Assembly: GCA_051294375.1 (NCBI GenBank) | Contig: CM119271.1 | Location: 17,155,693 to 17,219,692, forward strand | DNA length: 64,000 nt | Direction of reading: 5' to 3' | Origin: Paraspadella gotoi | Lineage: Eukaryota; Animalia; Chaetognatha | Shown: piece after piece, positions 56,986 to 64,000 of the stretch | Layout of the letters: every line of letters starts with the position of its first letter | How positions within the stretch are numbered: position 1 is the stretch's first letter | Notes under the pieces: generated by a model | Databases searched by the model: none | What the model saw: the letters and a program-made list of their open reading frames with translations, nothing else | What the model was told of the DNA's origin: nothing | Position numbers and translations under genes: made by a program

Positions 56986-59230
56986 TTTTTTAAAAAAAAT
57001 GCTCCATCCAGTTAGTTTTTATATTGGTTGCATATTTGCTACAAATTACAGCGTGGCCAAACAATACAATTTTCAATCAATGGACAGGGCAAACATTGTT
57101 AAAAATATTATAATCTGAAAGTGGTATCTTTGGCCTTCACAACTTAAAGTTGCTGTGTTTGTCTTTGTGTTGGTGAATGTAAAAAAGAGAGAGAGAGAGA
57201 GAGAGAGCACCAGAGATAGAAGAGAGAGAGAGAGAGAGAGAGAAGAGACTGACGTTCGTGACATGTTTGAAGAAATAATGAATAAGGAAAAAATCTTAAA
57301 AGCATAAGGATCAAAGCCATGTAATAGTCATTGCATGTGATTCTGGATGATAAGTTCATGTCATTGACGCGATGAAATCATTCTCATGCGTAAATTAAAA
57401 CAAACAAATGCGTGTATGAGTGAAATGGAGAGAGAGAGAAGAGAGAGAGGGCTAGGACAGTTTTCCGCAGTCAGAAACGCAATTATTAGGTCTCTCTTGT
57501 TCTATATAAAGAATCAATAATTTTAGCCGGAAAAAATGCCACGGAAAATCTCGGGATGTGAAATTGGATTTGTATTGGGCAGAAAAAGAGCGCGGAATAA
57601 ATGGCGCGATAATGAAAAGTTTTTAAGAAGCGAAAAAAAAAAGATGACCGAGAGAGATCGAAGACGAGAGAGAGGAGGAGGAAGAAAAGCAGAGGAGAGA
57701 AGCTGGACAGCCGCTGGACGCCGCCGCTGGATCGCGCCGCTGCCAGAGCTGAACTCATGTTTCCGCAACGAATATGAGTATGGGATACGCAACTCTTTCC
57801 TTTCTATAAAAAAATATTACAAAATAACATATTTGGGCATATAGAGGCCATAATAAGAAATTTTTCTGTACATTGAAAAGTAAACTTAAAAAGCCGATAA
57901 ATTTCGTTTGGAGGCATGTTCCCATAACTCCACATTTTTTGATTCACCTCATTGAGAGGTGCTACGCGCCTATTCACGAAGAAAAAAAAAACTAAACTCT
58001 TCTTCAAATAATAATGATGCCAAAAATTATAACCCTATTAACATATATAGTGTGAAAATACTGCAGTTAAGCACTATGATATTTTTGACTTCCAAATATT
58101 CGTTTTTACTTATATCAAAAAAATTTGTATTTCCCCTCGAAATTTAAAAAATCGTAAAGCCTTGAAATGAAATATTTGATTGTATCTTTTTTTGGAAGAA
58201 AACCAGGACGCGAGGTACAATATATAATATTTGCCATTTTTAATAATTTATAAATAGTTATCACACTCGAATAATTATTATGTTAAAAAAAGACTAAACA
58301 TGATTATATATACACTAGAAAATATTTATATTTAATAATAGTATAAATTATCAGAATAACGAAAAGAAAGTATGGTTGAATTTGAAGCTATATCTCTCTT
58401 ACAAACTCACTATTTAGAGATATATTTGCAATAGTCGGGGGCCAAGGCTCCGGTTGAAAGTTGAGCATTAATAAATAAATACTAAATTTATTTTTTTAAA
58501 TGTAATGCATATTGTGTGCGAAAGTGCGCATATATAGATTAGTCACATTAGCTGATTTATATGTGAGCAATGCATGGTCAAATTAAGTTATTCCTTCACT
58601 TTTTTAAAAAATGTATCCACGAAATCTCGGATGTAAATTTGGGATTTTGTAATTGACGAAAAAAGCCCAAATAAAAGTTTTTAGAAAAAAAACATAATCA
58701 TAAGTTTGTTCAAAAAAAGAAACGCGATCACGCAAGAGATCGTTAAAGATGAGAAAGAGACAGAAAGAGAATAGAGAGAGAGAGAGAGAAATTTTTTTTT
58801 TTTTTTTTTTTGTAAATTTGGGATTTGTATTGAGAAGAAAATAAATGGCGATAATAAAAAGTTTTTTAGAAGGAAAGAAATAATAAGTGAATTTTTTCAA
58901 AACAATGGTGTGTAAAAAGTGAATATTTTTTTTTGCTAAAAAAAAAGAGAAGAGAGAGAGAGAGAGAGAGAGGGAGGGAGACGGAGGGAGAGCAGACGAG
59001 AGAGAGAGAGCCTGAACTCGTTTTTTTGTTAAACGATTCGAGAAAAGCAAAAAAAATAATCATGAATTTTGTTCAAAGAAAGAGAAAAGAGAAGAGAGGA
59101 GAAAGAGGAGACAAAGCTGCGACAGCTGCTTGAAGGCCGCTGTACAGTCAGTGGCATTATTTTTTTTTTTTTTTTTTTTCTTTTTTTTTTTATTAATACC
59201 AAAAAACCAGTATTGACATAATGCATAAAC

Positions 59231-59271
<41 letters not shown>

Positions 59272-59319
59272 TAATACCAAAAAACAGTATTGACATAATC
59301 ATAAATAGTAATAGTGTAA

Positions 59320-60470
59320 AGGAACTGGAAAACTAAACTATGTATTGACATTCATAAAAACAAAAGACCCTTCAACATTTAAAAAGACATGGAAAACAAG
59401 TAAAAACTAAACTACATATGTGAAATTCAATAAAACAAAGACACTAACGTTATAAATCATTATAATGTTCATGCACTAATTCCATAATGAACTATAAAAA
59501 ATAACGTTTTAAAATCATTAATAAATGTTTATGAACTAATTCATAAGAAAACGTATAAAAAAATAATGTTCAAGAACGTTGTCGAAGCACTGGAAAACCA
59601 AGTAAAACTAACTAACAATATTGAAATTCCAATAAAAACAGAAGACACTAACGGTTTAAAATCATTAATAAATGTTATTGAAACCAATTCATTTAAGAAA
59701 CTATACAAAAATAACGTTCAGACGTCTTAAAGGATCAAAATGTAAAACATCCATAAAAACTGGAAAACTAAAAAACGAAAAAATGTCAAATGTCAAGAGA
59801 AGCAATAGTTTATTATTTAAAAATTGTATAATTTTTATTTTTTGATAATGCGTAAAAATAAAACAAAGAAATATTGACAACAAAGAACAAAACAAAAAAT
59901 ATAAAGCATAAACCTGAAAAATAATGTTAATAAAACGTCAAAGATAATGCGTAAAAAAACACAAAAACAATAATGATGGAAAACAAGAACAAAACCAAAA
60001 TATATAAAGCGCATTATTGAAAAACATGAGCAAAAAAGATAAACTGAGAAAACTATTATAAAAATGTTGATAATATTCAACGGTTTTATTTTTAGTAAAA
60101 AAGTCATTAATAAGCATTTAATGCCTGGGAGTATAACATATTAAGCCATATTCCTAAAAATATATATTTATAAAGTGTTTAAAGTAAAGGGCAGAGGGCC
60201 AACAATTATATGAATAGAAAATTCAAATATATAAGTACGCAGATCAACAAAAAAAAGATACTAATTAAAACAGAAATGAGACGCTAAACAGATACACAAA
60301 ACAACATGAGACGCTAACAGAATAAAAAAACAACTATATGCACGTAATGTGTAAGATACTAATAAAACAGACAAAGACGCACGCTAAAATGAAATGAGAG
60401 CCTAACGATACAAAAAAGACTGAGACGCTAACAGAAACAAAAACACTATATACGTAAGTGTAAAAGTAAG
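59320..60470. repeat. degenerate A-rich tandem repeats
   Basis: (C/A)TGGAAAAC..AGTAAAA.CTAA..GACACTAACG..AAATCATTA recurs at 59320-59770, and TGAGACGCTAA(A)CAG recurs at 60275-60435. Confidence 0.65.
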
Positions 60471-60599
60471 ATACATCAAAAAATATATAATGTAGAGTTT
60501 AATTTTTTATTTTTAACGGCTTAAAAACAAATTAAGATGCTAAACAAATACTCAAACATGTTAATAAAATATAAATAAGTATGTGGTCCGCTTCAATAC

Positions 60600-63500
60600 C
60601 AATACGAAATGGCCCGTCATGGTTAAATAAGTTCCAATAATCCCATTTTAACCGCGTTAATTAAGTTAGCCGGGCCTTACTTCTATGTCCATACCTCTCA
60701 TTTAATGTAACCCCAGTACATACGCCAATAAGATTCTTTTGTTTTAAAACTTCCAATCTGCCATCTTAATTGGCCCAACCGCAATTTCTTGTTCTAAAAT
60801 CCTTTCTCGAAATGAAATACAAATATTTTCCACAGTCTTTCAACTGCCGACTCACATACCTAATCCTCTCCTGCTCTCATCTTAATATAACAGATCTTAA
60901 AAGTAAATCCTAGATTTATTTCTTAACGCTCACCTGACCCCCCCGCCCCCCGCCCCCGCCCCCCGGCCCTTGCCCCTTAGCTCCGCATTAAGCCTAAGCT
61001 CACTCTCTCGGTTATCTACTGCTTATCAACAATTTTAACCAGTGTCACATATCACTTCTCCCAAGTCTTAAAAACCACTTCGCACAGAGTCAAAATATGC
61101 CGATCGTCACTGAGTGCTACAACACCGACAAAGATTCACAAATGCCATCACCATCTTCCTACATAGGCATAATGGCCATGTTTGCTGTCAGAAATGTTAG
61201 ATTACGCTGGCGCCAAGAATAGAAGATCTACATAGTAAGAAGTATGCAGAGTAGATAATGCTCCCAGATGGCCCTCCACCTCATTAAGTTAAACTAAATC
61301 CAAGTACTCTTTTCCTTTCTCTTTCATAATGCCTTTACCCACTACTAACATAATAATTCTCAAATTGAGAATAAGTTTTCTGGCCAAATGACGATTTCAC
61401 GTCAACCTCCTATTGGCTTCCTGTGTACCCTCTAAAGAATTGAGATCAGGAGGCATGATCAGTCCTGGGGACAATATTTTTCACTTGCTGTCCCTCACTC
61501 TATCATTGGGATTATCAAAAATGCCTTTTCCTCTGAAGCGAGGAGTTTCAATTCATTGGCATATTCAAAAATTGCCAACAGTCTCTCAATTCCTCGTTCT
61601 ACTATATTACTAAACGAACTTTAAAACATATTCTCAGCATCTGAATCAGTCACATTTGCATTATAATAACAAATGGTAATCATCACAGGCTAATTACCCC
61701 GGTTTCAAATTTTGGAAAAGGTCAGCATGATGACCAAGCCGCTTAACAGGCCTGCAGCAGATAAAAACCCGGACCAATACCAGATGGTTAATCCCGGCAG
61801 ACATTTGCGCGCTCAGGCCTATCCAATCCATAAAAGCGCACATGCTGTGTTCTCCCCATAAAGCTCATCTGCTAAAACCCTCTGTGCAAAGGATTCCTTA
61901 GGCATGCTTACAACCTTTTAATTCAGCACTTATCATTCTCAGTGGCTGTTAACCTTATCTTTCCTGATATCCCATTAATTGGTGCTCCACCATTTATAGA
62001 TAAGAATCCTCCAGCCCTATCCTTAGCAATCTCTTTCTCTTCTACCATAATAAACATCAATTTTTCTACCTCAGTTTCTAAGCATCAATATCTCCCACGG
62101 AGGCCTGTCAACAATTCTGTTCTATACCATAAAAAGCAGAATAATAACAAATATATTAGTAACCTTTGACCTTCTAAGGTTGACAAATGAGGGGTTTTAC
62201 CAGAGGGTTCAATGACATTAATACCACTTTAAAAAAATACAGGAAAATTTGCTATAATAATCAACACGTCGACGCTACGACCCGCAATTTACTAAGCCTT
62301 TGCCATGGTCTTTCAGCAGTCAAACACGAACATGAAGATAACTTAAGGTTTTATCTTACACAATGGAGGCTAAAAAATCGAATTAAAACTCGTTAAACCT
62401 TGAACCCCATGTGCCCTTTATAAAGTAATGCCCTTTTCCATAAACGTCTATAAAACGATAGCGCTTGAACGCGACCAGAAAGTGTGTGTCAATACAACAT
62501 AGACCCAACTTTATACTCTGAAAACAGTCCAATTTAATTTTAATAGCCGTTCTATCATTATATAATCCTAACCTATTGAAGTTTGACAAAAAATCAGAAC
62601 CATAATATAATATAGGGGTAAGTTGTAAGAGAATACACATGTTCAAATCCATGTAACAAATATCTACATCAGAACCAATGACATTAACTATATATTTAAA
62701 TAGTTACTTATATATAGAAGGTAACTTAACTCCAACTAACTTAAATTCTACAAACAAACACAAATGTTTTTAAAAGTCTTTAAAAAACCATACTGTGGTC
62801 AACCCTGGTCCAAAGACATTTCTCAAGATCGCAAAAAAACAGAAAGCACGGCTCCTACCGTCATGAATTCCTACAATAATCAATGACAATCCTGTATTAC
62901 CATGCAAAACATCTGATATTTTTTGCTCTGGCGAAGCGCTGGCCTGACGCTCATGCACGGCAATCCAGGTAAACCTCTATTGAATCGTGTATTAATACAA
63001 GCGCACTTTATCATTTTATTAATCTTACATTTACTAAACTAACAGGTCTATAATTTTTGACAATCCTTCTCTATGCACCGCTTCTTATATATAAGCAGAA
63101 CAGCTGCGCGTCTCTGACATTGACGGCTCGTCACCCTTCCATCTGAAAACCAACAACTCAAGCTCCTCATAAGTCATTTGCCAACCACAAAACGGCCAAA
63201 AGCATTTGCCAGAATTCTGGCAGGGAAGACCATTCAGGCCCCAGGTGACTTGACCTGAGAGGCGCATTCCTCTTAGAACCTGTTCACTGTCTTCGCTTCT
63301 CAAGTCATTCTATCACACCTTCTATCTTTTTGCGGTCAGTCCAGTCTCCTATTGCTGCACTTGATTTAAAAAAATTCAGTTCTTGAATATTTTTCAAATC
63401 ATTATGTCCCCCTTACTAAACATATCTATATAGATGTTCATGAGCAAACATGTATAACGGCCCTCTTGACGCATATAATTATATAACTAAATAGACTTGT

Positions 63501-64000
63501 TTATCTTTTAAGTGCATAAATATATATAAGCTAACCATTAAAGTCTCGATTTTCTCAACGCTACTAAAATAGAGCTAACTTGGTTCCTGTCTCAATGGGT
63601 GCTCTGACGGCTTATCCTTGCCCACTCAGATAAGCCTTCCTCTCTTCTTCTTCTACTAACACTTTCTTTCTGACATAATAGCCGGAAATGATCTTCATTA
63701 AAAATAGATCCCGAGCCATTTAAGATTTCATTTTCAACATTTCTTTTTTCTTTTCCAAACTCTAATAATCATAGCTTTCTCTCAATCTCTTTCTCGCTTG
63801 GCATAATCTATAGTAACACTGGCGCAAACAGATTTATCCCACAATCCCACAACCATTCCCCTTATGTTTTCAACTGTCAGATCTTATGCTGTCTAAATTT
63901 CCCCATGTTCTAACAAGGTTGAATATATTCAATATCAAGTAAGCAAAGAAAGATTAAATTTCCATGATCCACAACCTAATTTTTAATTTTTCTATATATA
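60600..64000 (-). mobile_element. degraded L1/Tx1-like LINE ORF2 (post-endonuclease linker, RT, CCHC), continuing beyond the window
   Basis: Ordered minus-strand motifs: GSWKFNLSLL (63941-63970), K-SPG..GLP.EF..FW (~63195-63255), KNYRPVSLVNV (63026-63058), VHERQ...ISD, DLEK.FDRVDH (~62795-62830, frameshifted) and CxxC...H....C...W (~61060-61135). YADD is not preserved and the 3' boundary is approximate. Confidence 0.85.

Noticed and set aside
62383-62958. FEN1/XPG-like or viral ORFs (GSDF, GSDVD motifs)
   Set aside because: They lie within the ordered LINE RT motifs and are better explained as frameshifted RT.

Overview
This is a repeat-rich, AT-rich eukaryotic (probably invertebrate) window with very dense (GA)n/(CT)n microsatellites. 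It comes from an error-prone, gap-filled long-read assembly, and two near-exact duplications flanking 25-N gaps look artefactual. I recognise no conserved host gene. Recognisable transposable elements are: a decayed Gypsy-type gag interrupted by a short hAT element; a Helentron/DINE-1-like non-autonomous element; two copies of a 3.56-kb TAGGGGAG-ended hAT-superfamily (hATw/hATm-like) DNA transposon with a spliced DDE transposase; and a degraded L1/Tx1-like LINE at the right end. From about 18.5 to 57 kb the sequence is a tandem array of a 6-8 kb macro-repeat. It carries fragments of a candidate Thr-rich mucin-like membrane-protein gene on the minus strand. The most striking unannotated signal is about 11 minimal type-I hammerhead ribozyme motifs (about 9 if the artefactual duplicate is discounted), in four sequence-distinct variants with compensatory stem II and a shared palindromic stem III, as in Penelope pLTRs. 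Complete macro-repeat units carry two co-oriented copies, and one further motif sits in a ~190-bp hairpin insertion. All calls were made by eye and none were checked by database search.
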